Position numbers and translations under genes: made by a program. From NCBI GenBank assembly GCA_029863245.1, contig JAOTVV010000003.1, positions 82,591-146,590 of the forward strand: a DNA stretch of 64,000 nt. Direction: 5' to 3'. Origin of the DNA: Gemmatimonadota bacterium (lineage in GTDB: Bacteria; Gemmatimonadota; Gemmatimonadetes; Gemmatimonadales; GWC2-71-9). Position 1 is the first letter of the stretch. Each line of letters starts with the position of its first letter. Below are positions 49,397 to 61,200 of the stretch, one piece after another. Under the pieces are notes generated by a model, which did no database searches, was not told the DNA's origin, and saw only the letters and a list, made by a program, of their open reading frames with translations.

Positions 49397-52300
49397 ATGG
49401 CGATGAGTCGTAAGGTCCTTTCCGTATTCCTCGTCAGCCTGTTGTCGGCGGGCCCGCTCGCCGCGCAGACCCAGACGGGCAACATCTCCGGACGGGTGGC
49501 GGACGCCACGACCGCGGATGCCGTGGTTGGTGCCAGCGTCCTGCTCGAGGGAACGCGGCGCGCGACGAACACGGGAGCCGACGGTACGTTCCTGCTGACC
49601 GACGTCCCCGTGGGAACCCAACTGGTGACCGCGCGTCTCATCGGGTATGGCCCCCAGACGCAGGAAGTCACGGTCAGGGCCGGACAAACCACCACGGTGG
49701 AGTTCGTGCTGCCGCGTCAGGCCGTGGTGATGGACGAGATCGTGGTGACCGGCTACGGTTCCCAGCGCCGCGCGGCCATCACCGGATCGGTCGCGACGGT
49801 CAACGCGGACCAGGCCAACGTCGGGGTGACCACCAACGCCGACGATCTGATCAAAGGCCGGGTGGCCGGGGTGAACATCACGCAGAACAGCGGTGAACCT
49901 GGAGCGGCGGTTCAAATCCGGATCCGCGGTGGCACCTCGATCAACGCCAGCAACGACCCGCTGTACGTGATCGACGGGGTTGCCATCCAGAACCTGTCGA
50001 CCGAGGCGGGCGGGATCGGCATTGGTGGTGACCCCCCGCTGGACCGCAACCCGTTGAACCTCATCAATCCCAGCGACATCGAATCCATCACCGTGCTCAA
50101 AGACGCCGCCGCGGCCGCCATCTACGGCGCCCGAGGCGCGAACGGTGTGATTCTGATCGAGACGAAGCAGGGCCAGCGGGACAGGACGACCTTCGAATAC
50201 GACGGCTATGTCTCCGTGGCGAACCGGGCCAACTCTCTGGATGTGCTGAACGGGGACCAGTACCGGCAGTTCGTGGAGCAACAGGTTGCGCTTGGCAATC
50301 TGTCGGCGGCGCGCCTCGCGGCACTCGGGTCGGCAAACAACGACTGGCAGAAGGCGGTTACCCGCACTGCCGTTTCGCACAACCACAACCTGGTCTTCTC
50401 CGGCGGGACGGAGGCCACGCAGTATCGTGCGTCCCTCAACTACATGAGCCAAAAGGGGGTGGCGATCAGCGACGGTCTGGAGCGCTATCAGGCCCGGCTC
50501 AACGGCACGCACTACGCGTGGGGCGACCGGTTGCAGTTGCGTGTTAATCTGACCGCCTCCCACGTCGAAAACGACTATCTGCCAGCCCAGGACGAGGGGG
50601 GGTTCGAAGGGGACGTGTTCCATAACATGGTCAACTTCGACCCGACGCAGCCGATCATGGTCACCGATCCGGCCACAGGCCAGCAGAAGTTTTACGAGAT
50701 CGGAGCCGGTGTGCAATCGGTGCGGAACCCGGTGGCGCTGGCGGAGCAACTCCAAGATTTTGCCAGCTCGGACCGAACCCTCGGCAACGTCAGGGCCCAG
50801 CTCGATATCGTGCCGGATCTCCTGAGTGGCCAGCTGACGGTAGGAGTAGACCGGAGTGAGAGCACGCGGCGGATCTACTACCCCGGCATCAGTCCCGCCG
50901 GCGCCCAGTGGAACGGGCGTGCCGCTCAACGGAGTCGCGATCTCACGGCCGTGACGGTACAGGGCCTCCTCACGCTGACTCAGAATTTCGCCGACGCACA
51001 CGACGTCGAAGTCGTCGGCGGTTACGAGTTCAATGACTTCAGCACCGACGACTTCGGGGCGGAGTCCCGCGACTTCCTCACCGACGCGTTCAGTTTCGAC
51101 AATCTGGCCGGCGGTGCGCAGGTCGAGACCCCGTATTCCTTCAGGGCGGATAGGCGGCTCGTCGGGTTCTTCAGCCGGGCCACCTACGGTTTCAAGGACC
51201 GTTACTTCTTGACCGGTGTCCTCCGCTACGACGGATCGTCCGTGTTCGGAGCCGACAACAAGTGGGGGGTGTTCCCCGCCGTGTCGGGCTCGTGGCGGCT
51301 GAGCGAAGAGGGCTTCCTGCAGAACGGGCCGTTCTCCGAGCTACGCCTCCGCGCGGGCTACGGCGTGCAGGGCATCGAGGCCGTGCCCGCCTACGCATCC
51401 CTGCTGACGCTGGAGCCGAGCGACGGCAACAGCTACCCCTTCGGAGACAACAAGACGGTCGGGGTGGCGGGGACCCAGAATCCGAATCCGGATCTCAAGT
51501 GGGAAAGAACGTCGCAGTTCAACGTCGGCATCGACTACGGGTTCTCGGACAACCGGTTCTCGGGCAGTTTCGAATACTACGTCAAGAACACGTCGGACCT
51601 CCTGCTGAGGGTTTCCGTACCGCAGCCCGCGATCGTGCCGGACCAGCTGCAGAACATCGGGAAGGTCAGGAACCGGGGTATCGAGGCCACGCTGGATGCG
51701 TTGCTGATCAATAGTTCGAACATGACCTGGGACGCCGGGCTCGTGTTTGCGGCGGAGAAGAACGAAGTGCGAGATCTGGGCGACCAGAGTTTCATCGTCA
51801 CGGGGCGCGTGAGCGGCCAGGGGCAGTCCGACCAGTACGCCCAGCGCATCATCCCGGGCTTCCCGCTGGGTACGTTTTTCGGGCGGGAGTTCGTGCGTGT
51901 CGACGACCAAGGGGTGGAGGTGTTCAGCGACTACGACGCGGACGGCAACCTCATCGGGGAGACCACGTCACCGGGCGCGGATGACTTTGTCCCCATCGGC
52001 GATGCCAATCCGAACTTCGCCCTCGGTATTCGCAGCCAGATGACGTGGGGCCGGTTCGACGCAAGCTTCCTCGCTCGGGCCAAAATGGGGTTGGACGTGT
52101 TCAACAACACCGCACTCGTCTACTCGACGAAGAGCAACGCCCTGCAGGGCAAGAACTTCCTGGCTTCGGCGTTGGACGACCCGACTGGGATCACCCAGCC
52201 GGCGATCTACTCATCCCGCTGGATCGAAGACGGTTCGTTCCTGCGGCTCGAGAACATTTCGGTGGGATACAACTTCGACCTGCCGGCATTTTTCGGAACC

Positions 52301-52471
52301 GCCCGCAGCGGCCGGTTCTACGTGTCGGCCGACAACTTGTTGCTCATCACGGGCTATTCCGGGTACGATCCTGAAGCCCACACGGATAATGGCCTGGCGG
52401 CACGCGGGACCGACTATCTCAGCTATCCACGCGCGCGCTCGTTCACGACCGGCGTTCGGTTCTCGTTCTGA
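49397..52471 (+). CDS. susC: SusC/RagA-family TonB-linked outer membrane protein
   Basis: 1024 aa with AGGAG upstream. It has a signal peptide and a carboxypeptidase-regulatory-like N-domain (GNISGRVADATTADAVVGASV). Plug motifs are DIESITVLKDAAAAAIYGARGANGVILIETK. The C-terminus ends in an aromatic residue (...TTGVRFSF). Confidence 0.9.
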   Translation: MAMSRKVLSVFLVSLLSAGPLAAQTQTGNISGRVADATTADAVVGASVLLEGTRRATNTGADGTFLLTDVPVGTQLVTARLIGYGPQTQEVTVRAGQTTTVEFVLPRQAVVMDEIVVTGYGSQRRAAITGSVATVNADQANVGVTTNADDLIKGRVAGVNITQNSGEPGAAVQIRIRGGTSINASNDPLYVIDGVAIQNLSTEAGGIGIGGDPPLDRNPLNLINPSDIESITVLKDAAAAAIYGARGANGVILIETKQGQRDRTTFEYDGYVSVANRANSLDVLNGDQYRQFVEQQVALGNLSAARLAALGSANNDWQKAVTRTAVSHNHNLVFSGGTEATQYRASLNYMSQKGVAISDGLERYQARLNGTHYAWGDRLQLRVNLTASHVENDYLPAQDEGGFEGDVFHNMVNFDPTQPIMVTDPATGQQKFYEIGAGVQSVRNPVALAEQLQDFASSDRTLGNVRAQLDIVPDLLSGQLTVGVDRSESTRRIYYPGISPAGAQWNGRAAQRSRDLTAVTVQGLLTLTQNFADAHDVEVVGGYEFNDFSTDDFGAESRDFLTDAFSFDNLAGGAQVETPYSFRADRRLVGFFSRATYGFKDRYFLTGVLRYDGSSVFGADNKWGVFPAVSGSWRLSEEGFLQNGPFSELRLRAGYGVQGIEAVPAYASLLTLEPSDGNSYPFGDNKTVGVAGTQNPNPDLKWERTSQFNVGIDYGFSDNRFSGSFEYYVKNTSDLLLRVSVPQPAIVPDQLQNIGKVRNRGIEATLDALLINSSNMTWDAGLVFAAEKNEVRDLGDQSFIVTGRVSGQGQSDQYAQRIIPGFPLGTFFGREFVRVDDQGVEVFSDYDADGNLIGETTSPGADDFVPIGDANPNFALGIRSQMTWGRFDASFLARAKMGLDVFNNTALVYSTKSNALQGKNFLASALDDPTGITQPAIYSSRWIEDGSFLRLENISVGYNFDLPAFFGTARSGRFYVSADNLLLITGYSGYDPEAHTDNGLAARGTDYLSYPRARSFTTGVRFSF

Positions 52472-52527
52472 TGCGAGTCGACGAGACACGGAGACTACAT
52501 AACGACCTCACAAGGGTTAAGACACTT

Positions 52528-54078
52528 ATGAATACACGTCGTAAACTCATCAATCGGGTGATTCTCGCCCCGGCCGTGGCATTCCTACTCGTCGCAGGCT
52601 GCACGGATCTGGGTGAATCCCCCACGAGCGTGATCACGCCGGACAACTTCAACCAGACCGAGCAGGAAGTGCTCGGTAGTCTGGCGTCCGTGTACGCGGT
52701 GCTGCGCAATACGACCAACTCTTACTTCGACGTGAGCACGATCAGCTCGGACGAACTGATCGCGCCCACGCGCGGCAGCGACTGGTTCGACAACGGGAAG
52801 TGGCTCGAGCTTCACCGCCACACCTGGACGGCGATCAGCCCGCTCGGGCTCCAAGATATCAACAACATCTGGAACGATATGTTCAGCGGCGTCACGCGGG
52901 CCAACGTCTTACTCGAGGCGCTCAAGAGTGTCACCGTAGCAGATCAGGCGGCCGTCGAAGCCGAGGTCCGGACGCTCCGGGCCTTCTATTACTACATACT
53001 GCAGGACATGTTCGGCGGTGTGCCGATCGTCACGACCATCGAGCTCGCGGCGCGGGCGAGAAACACGCGCGCCGAGGTGTTCCAGTTCATTAGCGACGAG
53101 CTGAATGCGGCCCGGGTGGACCTGCCGGACAACTGGCCGGCGTCCCAGCACGGGCGCATGACGAAAGGCGCGGCCGATGCCATCCTGGCCAGTTTGTATC
53201 TGAACGCCGCGGTGTTCACGACAGACGCGCCCAGTGCGACCGCCTACAACTCGTGCACCACCGTGCAGGTGGGGGGGGAGACCGCCTGCGCTGCCGCCAT
53301 CGCAGCCGCGGACCGCATCCTGAACTCCGGTGTTTACAGCCTGGCTACCGAGGGCAGCTGGCGTGACAACTTCGGACCCGACAACGCTTCGTCGCCGGAG
53401 AACATCCTGGTCGTCAAGTTCATGAACCAGTCAGGCTTGGGACTCAACTTCCTGATGCGGGTGCTGCACTACAACCAGTACACCCCCAGCCCCTGGAACG
53501 GCTTCGCGGCCTTGGCAGAGACGTACAACGCCTTCGATGCGGACGACCAGCGCCGGGAGATCTTCCTCGAAGGACCGCAGGTCAACCTCGACACCGGCGA
53601 CCCTGTCTTTGAACGGGGCGGCGCGCCACTGGTCTTCACGGTGGACATCCAAGACCCGACCCAGGCTACGGAAGCTGAGGGCGCCCGTATCATCAAGTGG
53701 CCTCCGGATCCGGACCGCGTTGCCCAGGAGTCCGGCAACGACTTCGCCTTCTTCCGCCTTGCCGAGATCTATCTGATCAAGGCCGAGGCGGAGTTCGAGC
53801 TTGGGACGGGCGCTCCCCTTGGCACCTTGAATATGCTCCGCGCCCGGGTCTTCGAACCGGACGAGCCGCTTGCAGCCGTCGACCGTGACGTGATCCTCCA
53901 GGAGCGACTGTTCGAGCTCACCAACGAAGCCAAGCGGCGACTGGATCTGATCCGGCATGGGAGGTTCACGGATCCGTGGTCGTTCAAGGCGCAGGGAGCA
54001 CCCCATCTGGTCCTGATGCCGATTCCGCAGCCGCAGTTGGACGCCAACCCGGAACTCACGCAAAACCCCGGGTACTGA
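52528..54078 (+). CDS. susD: SusD/RagB-family nutrient-binding outer membrane lipoprotein
   Basis: ATG 52528. Lipobox LLVAGC. TPR-like helical SusD pattern (RAFYYYILQDMFGGVPIV, EIYLIKAEAEFEL). Lies immediately downstream of susC. Confidence 0.85.
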   Translation: MNTRRKLINRVILAPAVAFLLVAGCTDLGESPTSVITPDNFNQTEQEVLGSLASVYAVLRNTTNSYFDVSTISSDELIAPTRGSDWFDNGKWLELHRHTWTAISPLGLQDINNIWNDMFSGVTRANVLLEALKSVTVADQAAVEAEVRTLRAFYYYILQDMFGGVPIVTTIELAARARNTRAEVFQFISDELNAARVDLPDNWPASQHGRMTKGAADAILASLYLNAAVFTTDAPSATAYNSCTTVQVGGETACAAAIAAADRILNSGVYSLATEGSWRDNFGPDNASSPENILVVKFMNQSGLGLNFLMRVLHYNQYTPSPWNGFAALAETYNAFDADDQRREIFLEGPQVNLDTGDPVFERGGAPLVFTVDIQDPTQATEAEGARIIKWPPDPDRVAQESGNDFAFFRLAEIYLIKAEAEFELGTGAPLGTLNMLRARVFEPDEPLAAVDRDVILQERLFELTNEAKRRLDLIRHGRFTDPWSFKAQGAPHLVLMPIPQPQLDANPELTQNPGY

Positions 54079-54106
54079 TTGGGGGACGTCGTTGCCTGAT
54101 GGTTAC

Positions 54107-54145
54107 CGCCATAGCCTGGTCTCGCATCGAGGCCAGGCTATGGCG
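54107..54145 (+). terminator. strong intercistronic hairpin after susD
   Basis: CGCCATAGCCTGG (54107-54119) pairs with CCAGGCTATGGCG (54133-54145), a 13-bp perfect stem with a 13-nt loop. There is no U-tract. Confidence 0.45.
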
Positions 54146-54198
54146 CAATAGGCCGCTTCCTTGCGTCACACACCTCTCGGTGATTTCGACCCAAAGAC

Positions 54199-57100
54199 GT
54201 GAACATGGTATCAAGCCGCAGGCTCCCGCTCCTGCTTGCTGCGTCGTGCCTCCTCGCCGGCTGCTCCGGCGCAGACAGGTCTGCTCCGGAAACGCGGCTG
54301 CGTGAGCCACCCGCGGCCGGTGACCAGCTCTTCAGCAGGCTTCCGTCCAGCTATACCGGCGTCCGCTTCGAGAACCGCCTCGCCGATACTCGCGAGCTGA
54401 ACGTCTTCACCTATCGCAACTACTACAACGGCGGCGGGGTGGCGCTGGGCGACCTCTCCGGGGACGGGCTCCCGGAGCTCCTGTTCACGTCGAATCTGGG
54501 CGAAAACCGGCTGTACCTGAACGAGGGTGAGTTCCGCTTTCGGGACGTGACCGAGGTGGCCGGCGTGGCCGGCAAGGGGTCCTGGGCGACGGGGGTCACC
54601 TTTGCCGACGTCAACGGTGACGGACTCCTCGACATCTACGTCTGCTACGCCGGCAACGCGGCAGGCGAGCGCCGCGCCAACGAGCTCTACATCCATCGGG
54701 GCCTCAACGCAGACGGGGTGCCCACCTTCGCCGAAATGGCGGCTGCGTACGGTATCGCGGACGAGGGCTACTCGACGCACGCTGCGTTCTTCGACTACGA
54801 TCGTGATGGATACCTGGACCTGTATGTGGTCAACAACTCTCCCCGGCCTGTCTCGAGCTTCGGTCTCAGAAACATCCGCCACGTGCGCGATGCGCTCGGA
54901 GGCGACAAACTCTACCACAACGTGGGCGGACGCTTGCTCGATGTGAGCGAGCGGGCCGGGATCTTCGGGAGCGAGATCGCCTTCGGTCTGGGGGTCGCCG
55001 TGGGCGACGTGAACCGCGACGGCTGGCCGGACATCTACGTCTCCAACGACTTCTTCGAGCGGGACTATCTCTACATCAACAACGGAGATGGAACCTTCGC
55101 CGAGCTGCTCGACCGGCAGATGCCCTCCATCAGCTTGTCCTCTATGGGACTGGACATCGCCGACATCGACAACGATGGGTGGCTGGACATCTACGTGGCC
55201 GACATGCTGCCGGAGGACGACTACCGGCTCAAGACGACCTCCACGTTCGAGGACTGGGACGGCTACCAGGCCAAGTTGAGGCACGACTATCACCACCAGT
55301 TCATGCGAAGCATGCTCCATCTGAACAACCGTAACGGGACGTTCAGCGAGATCGGGCAACTGGCCGGCGTGGCGCGCACAGACTGGACCTGGGGCGCGCT
55401 CATCGCAGATTTCGATCAGGACGGTTTCAAGGATATCCATGTCACGAACGGCATCCTCGCGGATGTGACCTCGCAGGACTACATCTCCTTCCTGGCCGAC
55501 CCGCGGACGATGAGGGCCGCCGTCAAGGGCGAGCGGGTCGAGTTCCTGGGACTCATCGAGGCGATGAGCTCGACTCCGCTGCCAAACTATGCATTCCGGA
55601 ACGCCGGGAACCTGACCTTCTGGAACTCAGGCGCAGCCTGGGGCCTGAACGCGCCGGGCTTTTCCAGTGGCGCGGCTTACGGCGATCTGAACGGCGACGG
55701 CGCACTAGATCTGGTCGTCAATAATGTCAATCAGGAAGCCTTCGTCTATCGGAACAACGCCCGAACACTCTTGGACAACCATTATCTGCAGGTCGTGCTC
55801 GAAGGAGAGGGCTCCAACCGCTTCGGCATCGGGGCCAAGGTGACGCTTCGGAGCGCGGAGCGTTTGTTCTTTCAGGAGATGATGCCATCACGCGGATTCC
55901 AGTCGAGTGTCGACTACGTTCTGACCTTCGGGGTCGGTCAGATCGAGACGGTTGATTCGGTGCTGGTCGAGTGGTCGGACGGGCGGGTCAATGTGCTGAC
56001 CGACGTCACGGCGAACCAGCGTATCACGGTACGGCACGCCGAGTCTGCGGCAGCGCCGCCCGTCACGCCGGAGTCCGCCCCGCCGTTGTTCGCCGACGTC
56101 ACGGAAAGCATCGCGCTCGAGTTCGTGCACCGGGAAAACACGTTCGTCGATTTCAGCCGGGAGCGTCTGATGCCAAAGATGCTCTCCACCGAGGGGCCGT
56201 TCATGGCCGTGTCCGATGTCAACGGAGACGGCCTTGACGACGCGTTCATTGGCGGCGCTAAGGATCAGCCGGGGCAGCTCCTCGTCCAGCGGCGCTCCGG
56301 CGGGTTCGTCAGGAGCAACGAGGGGCTGTTCGAGCAGGACCGGGTGTCGGAAGATCTGGGAGCGGTGTTCTTCGATGCGACCGGAGACGGTCACCCCGAT
56401 CTCTACGTGGTCAGCGGCGGCAGCGAGTTCTCGGATATGGCGCCCGCCATCCAGGACCGGCTGTACCTAAACGATGGTGGGGGCACCTTCCGGAAGACAG
56501 ACGGCCACCTGCCACCCATGAACATTAGCGGATCGCGTGCGGCGCCGGCCGATTTCGATGGCGATGGCGACATCGATCTCTTTGTCGGCGGGCGCGTCGT
56601 TCCCTGGCGCTACGGCATCGATCCGAGAAGCGTGCTGCTCGAGAACGACGGCCGGGGCCGCTTCCGCGACGTCACGCAGCAGGTGGCGCCCGATCTGGTG
56701 CGTATCGGCATGGTCACCGATGCCCTGTGGGACGATGTGGACGGCGACGGTCGACTGGATCTGGTAGTGGTCGGCGAGTGGATGCCGATCACGATCTTCC
56801 GCAATACGGGGTCCGGAACGCTCGAACCAATGGCCCCGCGTGGGCTCGAGCGGAGCCACGGATGGTGGAACCGGATTGTCGCCGGCGACTTTACCGGAGA
56901 CGGCCGCACCGATTTCGTCGTCGGAAACCTGGGGCTCAACACGCGTCTCCGAGCTTCCGAGGACGAGCCGGTTACGATGTATGTCAAGGATTTCGATCGC
57001 AACGGGTTCGTCGAGCAGATCGTGTCCTCGTATGACAACGGGGTCAGTTATCCCCTCGCGCTGCGCGATGATCTCATCAGAGTCCTTCCGTTCCTCGAGG

Positions 57101-57597
57101 CGCGCTACCCTACCTACGAATCGTATGCCCAGCAGACCGTGGCGGATATCTTCCCGCCCGCGGACTTGGCCGATGCGGTGCTGAAGCAGGCGTACACCTT
57201 CGCCACGACACTCGTGCGGAACAACGGTGACGGGTCGTTCACGCGCGTGCCGCTGCCGCTCGAAGCGCAGCTGGCTCCGGTCTACGGTATCCTGGCCGCC
57301 GAGCTGGACGGCGACGGAACGCTCGATCTTCTGCTGGCCGGGAATTTCGACGGCGTAGAGCCCAAGATCGGCCGGATGAGCGCCAGCTATGGACTGTTTC
57401 TGCGCGGAGACGGTAGTGGAGGCTTCACGCCGGTCCGAACGTCGGAGAGCGGATTCCTCGTGCCCGGACAGGCACGTGACATCCAGCGTATCGGTACGCG
57501 GCAGGGCGATTTGTACGTGGTGACCCGGAACGACGACCGTCCGCTCATCTTCCGCACCGCTGCTGGCGGTCGGGCGCTAGCGCTTGCCGGTCACTGA
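54199..57597 (+). CDS. CRTAC1-family / ASPIC-UnbV protein with FG-GAP (VCBS) repeats, lipoprotein, paralogue 1
   Basis: 1132 aa. Lipobox LLAGC. Repeated FG-GAP/VCBS motifs ([38 protein letters not shown]). Central UnbV_ASPIC-like segment [13 protein letters not shown]...GFQSSVD. Start is GTG 54199 or ATG 54205. Confidence 0.85.
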   Translation: MNMVSSRRLPLLLAASCLLAGCSGADRSAPETRLREPPAAGDQLFSRLPSSYTGVRFENRLADTRELNVFTYRNYYNGGGVALGDLSGDGLPELLFTSNLGENRLYLNEGEFRFRDVTEVAGVAGKGSWATGVTFADVNGDGLLDIYVCYAGNAAGERRANELYIHRGLNADGVPTFAEMAAAYGIADEGYSTHAAFFDYDRDGYLDLYVVNNSPRPVSSFGLRNIRHVRDALGGDKLYHNVGGRLLDVSERAGIFGSEIAFGLGVAVGDVNRDGWPDIYVSNDFFERDYLYINNGDGTFAELLDRQMPSISLSSMGLDIADIDNDGWLDIYVADMLPEDDYRLKTTSTFEDWDGYQAKLRHDYHHQFMRSMLHLNNRNGTFSEIGQLAGVARTDWTWGALIADFDQDGFKDIHVTNGILADVTSQDYISFLADPRTMRAAVKGERVEFLGLIEAMSSTPLPNYAFRNAGNLTFWNSGAAWGLNAPGFSSGAAYGDLNGDGALDLVVNNVNQEAFVYRNNARTLLDNHYLQVVLEGEGSNRFGIGAKVTLRSAERLFFQEMMPSRGFQSSVDYVLTFGVGQIETVDSVLVEWSDGRVNVLTDVTANQRITVRHAESAAAPPVTPESAPPLFADVTESIALEFVHRENTFVDFSRERLMPKMLSTEGPFMAVSDVNGDGLDDAFIGGAKDQPGQLLVQRRSGGFVRSNEGLFEQDRVSEDLGAVFFDATGDGHPDLYVVSGGSEFSDMAPAIQDRLYLNDGGGTFRKTDGHLPPMNISGSRAAPADFDGDGDIDLFVGGRVVPWRYGIDPRSVLLENDGRGRFRDVTQQVAPDLVRIGMVTDALWDDVDGDGRLDLVVVGEWMPITIFRNTGSGTLEPMAPRGLERSHGWWNRIVAGDFTGDGRTDFVVGNLGLNTRLRASEDEPVTMYVKDFDRNGFVEQIVSSYDNGVSYPLALRDDLIRVLPFLEARYPTYESYAQQTVADIFPPADLADAVLKQAYTFATTLVRNNGDGSFTRVPLPLEAQLAPVYGILAAELDGDGTLDLLLAGNFDGVEPKIGRMSASYGLFLRGDGSGGFTPVRTSESGFLVPGQARDIQRIGTRQGDLYVVTRNDDRPLIFRTAAGGRALALAGH

Positions 57598-58046
57598 TCC
57601 GGTTGCTTCGTCCTGATGACGATGACCCCGTTAGCGCCCCGCACGCCGTACATTGTTGTGCTGGCGGCGTCCTTCAGTACTTCGATGGATTCGATGTCGT
57701 ACGGGTTGATCCCGAATAGGGCGCCTCCCGGTCCCGGCTCGATGGGGACACCGTCGATCACATACAGCGGCTCGTTGCTGCCGCGGATCGACGTGGTGCC
57801 TCGGATGCGAATCGAAAGGCCGCCGTCCGACGATCGCACCACCGTGACACCGGGGAACCGACTTGCGAGTACCTCTTCGATAGGCTTGCCGGGGGTGCGC
57901 TGAATATCTTCTGCTGTTACCGCGCGTGGCGCACTCGGCTCCGGTGAATCCTCGACGCCACCCGCGGCCGTTCTGCTGGCCTGGGAACATCCGAACAGGA
58001 GCCCGACGAGCAGACCGATTGGCAATAGGACGCGCGGTGAGACCAT
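57591..58046 (-). CDS. stand-alone TonB-dependent-receptor plug domain lipoprotein
   Basis: ATG 58046 ([20 protein letters not shown] lipobox). Plug motifs [28 protein letters not shown] and [31 protein letters not shown]. No barrel follows. Confidence 0.75.
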   Translation of the reverse strand: MVSPRVLLPIGLLVGLLFGCSQASRTAAGGVEDSPEPSAPRAVTAEDIQRTPGKPIEEVLASRFPGVTVVRSSDGGLSIRIRGTTSIRGSNEPLYVIDGVPIEPGPGGALFGINPYDIESIEVLKDAASTTMYGVRGANGVIVIRTKQPDQ

Positions 58047-58240
58047 AGTGTAAGATACGTCAGTCCCCGGGCCGGCGCTCGGACCCGGCACGGGCTCGTG
58101 CCCTCACGAATGTGAATGGAGAGAGCAATGGAGGATGTGCTGCTCGGCTCGCCGCCGTGCGCTCGGCCTCCGTAGGCTTGTAAATGACCTTCCTGAATCA
58201 CCTCAGCGATCTCCGCGTTCTCTGCGGTGAGGCGCACACC

Positions 58241-61200
58241 GTGTCTGTAGAACACCGTATCACGCTACTCGGTGCCGCGGGTCTGCTCGTCCTGGCGGGC
58301 TGTGGTCGCGCGGAGCAGGCCCCGCCGCTGTTCGATCTCCTCCCCGCGGAAAGAACCGGGGTCTCGTTCGTCAACGAGCTACCGGAAGCGCCCGAGATCA
58401 ACATCCTCAATTATCTCAATTACTACAACGGCGGGGGCGTGGCGGCGGGCGACGTCGATGGCGACGGCCTGGTAGACCTCTACTTCACGTCAAACCTCGG
58501 TCCCGACCGGCTCTATCGCAACAAGGGCGATTACCGGTTCGAGGACATCACGGAGCGGGCAGGGGTGGGAGGCGCCCAGGGCTGGACGACCGGCGCCACG
58601 ATGGCCGACGTCAACGGCGACGGGCACCTCGACATCTACGTCTCGACCGTCACCCATCTCACGCTGCGCGGCGGGAATGTGCTGTACATCAATGACGGTA
58701 GCGGCACCTTCACCGACCGGACCGCGGAATACGGGCTCGAGCACGTCGGCTATTCGACCCAGGCTGCCTTCTTCGATTATGACGGAGACGGCGACCTGGA
58801 CATGTACCTCTTGAACCATTCGACTCACGAGGAGCGCGGGAGAACCTGGAACCCGCAGCGGGAAACGCGGCACCCGACAGCGGGTGATCGCCTCTTCAGG
58901 AACGACGGCAACCGCTTCGTGGATGTCAGCCAAGCGTCTGGTATCTATGGTGGCGTCGAAGGGTACGGTCTGGGCGTGATCGTCAGCGACCTCGATGTCG
59001 ATGGCTGCCCCGACATCTTCGTGACCAACGATTTTCACGAGAGTGATTTTCTCTACCTCAACAACTGCGACGGCACGTTCACCGAATCGGTCGCCACCTC
59101 AACCGGTCACACCAGCCTTTCCTCGATGGGCGTCGATGCCGCCGACTTCACCAACGACGGCCGACCGGACCTGATGGTCCTCGACATGCTTCCGGAACGG
59201 GAGGAGGTCCTCAAGAGCGCTGCCAGCGCCGAAGACATGGACGTCTATCAGATGAAGCTCCGGGTCGGCTATCATCCCCAGTACGTGCGGAACACGCTGC
59301 AGGTGAATCGCGGCCGGGGTCGATTCAGCGAGATTGGCTACCTAGCCGGCGTGTATGCGACCGACTGGAGTTGGACGCCGCTCTTCGCTGACTTGGACAA
59401 CGATGGTGACAAGGATCTTCTCGTCACGAACGGGATCTACCGGCGGCCGAACGACCTGGACTTCATCACTTACGTGGCTGACCGGGATGTTCAAGCGTCA
59501 CTGGCGGACGGGATTACCGAAGAGCTCCTGGCGACGCTTGAGGAGAAGATGCCCCAGGTCCCGATTTCCAACTACGCGTATCGGAACAACGGGGATCTGA
59601 CGTTCACGAACATGGCCGACGCGTGGGGCCTGGCGCAACCGGGGTTCTCAACCGGCGCCGTCTACGTGGACCTGAACAACGACGGCGCGCTCGATCTCGT
59701 AGTGAACAACATCAACGCGCCTGCCGGGATCTACCGAAATCGGGCGCGCGAGATCAACGGCCATCATTTCCTGACCGTACGTCTCGAGGGATCGGGCGCC
59801 AATACGGGCGGTATCGGCGCGAAGGTCGTCGTCGAACATGACGGCATCATGCAGCTGCTGGAACTGATGCCAACCCGCGGCTTCCAGTCGTCCGTCGATC
59901 CTCGCCTCCACTTCGGGTTGGGGGCTTCCCCGCGGATAGACTCGCTGATCGTCATTTGGCCGGATCATCGCTATCAGGTCCTGAGGGATGTGGCGGTCGA
60001 TCAGACGGTCACGCTCTCCCAGGAGGACGCCGCCGGCCGGTATCCGAATCGGCAACCGGCGGGTGAGCCGCTGTTTGCGGACATCACCACCCAGCTGGCC
60101 ATCGACGTCAAACATGAAGAGAACAGGTTCTTTGACTACACCCGCGAACCGCTGATCCCGCACCAGCTCTCTACCGAAGGACCCGCCCTCGCCGTCGGCG
60201 ACGTGAATGGCGATGGTCTTGACGACCTCTACGTGGGTGGCGCTAAGTGGCAGGCCGGACAGCTCCTGGTCCAGCAGCGTGATGGCCGGTTCCGCCGCAC
60301 CAATGAGACCGTCTTCCAGGCCGACAGCCTACACGAAGACGTGGACGCGGTCTTGTTCGATGCCAACGGCGACGGATATCAGGATCTCTACGTCGTGAGC
60401 GCCGGGAACGAGTTCTGGGGAGATCAGGAAGCGTTGCGGGATCGGCTGTATGTCAACGACGGGCAGGGTCGTTTCCACCGCGACGAGGACGCCCTCCCGG
60501 CATTCTTCGAAAACGGCTCCTGCGTGGTGCCGGGCGACTTCGACGGGGATGGCCATCTCGATCTGTTCGTCGGCGGCCGGGTGGTCTCCCGCCGCTACGG
60601 CCTCGCTCCGCGAAGCTACCTACTGCAGAATGACGGCACGGGACGGTTCCGCGACGTGACCGTCGAGAAGGCGGAGGCGCTGGCCGAAGTCGGGATGGTG
60701 TCCTCGGCCGCTTGGGTGGATTACGACGATGATGGACGGCTCGACCTGATCGTCGTCGGAGAATGGATGCCGGTACGTGTCTTTCGGCAACAGGCTGGCC
60801 GGTTCGTGGACCGCACCACCGAAGCCGGCTTGTCGGGCACAAACGGCTGGTGGAACAGCGTGTCGGTGGCCGACCTGCGGGGAACCGGGCGCCCCGATCT
60901 CATCCTAGGCAACCTCGGGTTGAACTCCTACATCCGGGCGTCACCCAAGGAGCCGGCCCGGTTGTACATCCATGACTTCGCGCAAAGCGGCGGGCTCCAG
61001 CAGATCCTGACGTTCTACAAGAACGGCGTGAGCTACCCGCTCGCGGGCCGCGACGAGTTGGTCAGGGCGATCCCGCAGCTGCAGAGCCGGTACGCCTCCT
61101 ACGCCGAGTTCGGCGCCAGCCGGATCCAGGACATCTTTCCACCGTCGACATTGCGGCAGGCAGAGGTCCGGGAAGCGTACCTGTTTGCCAGCTCCGCGGC

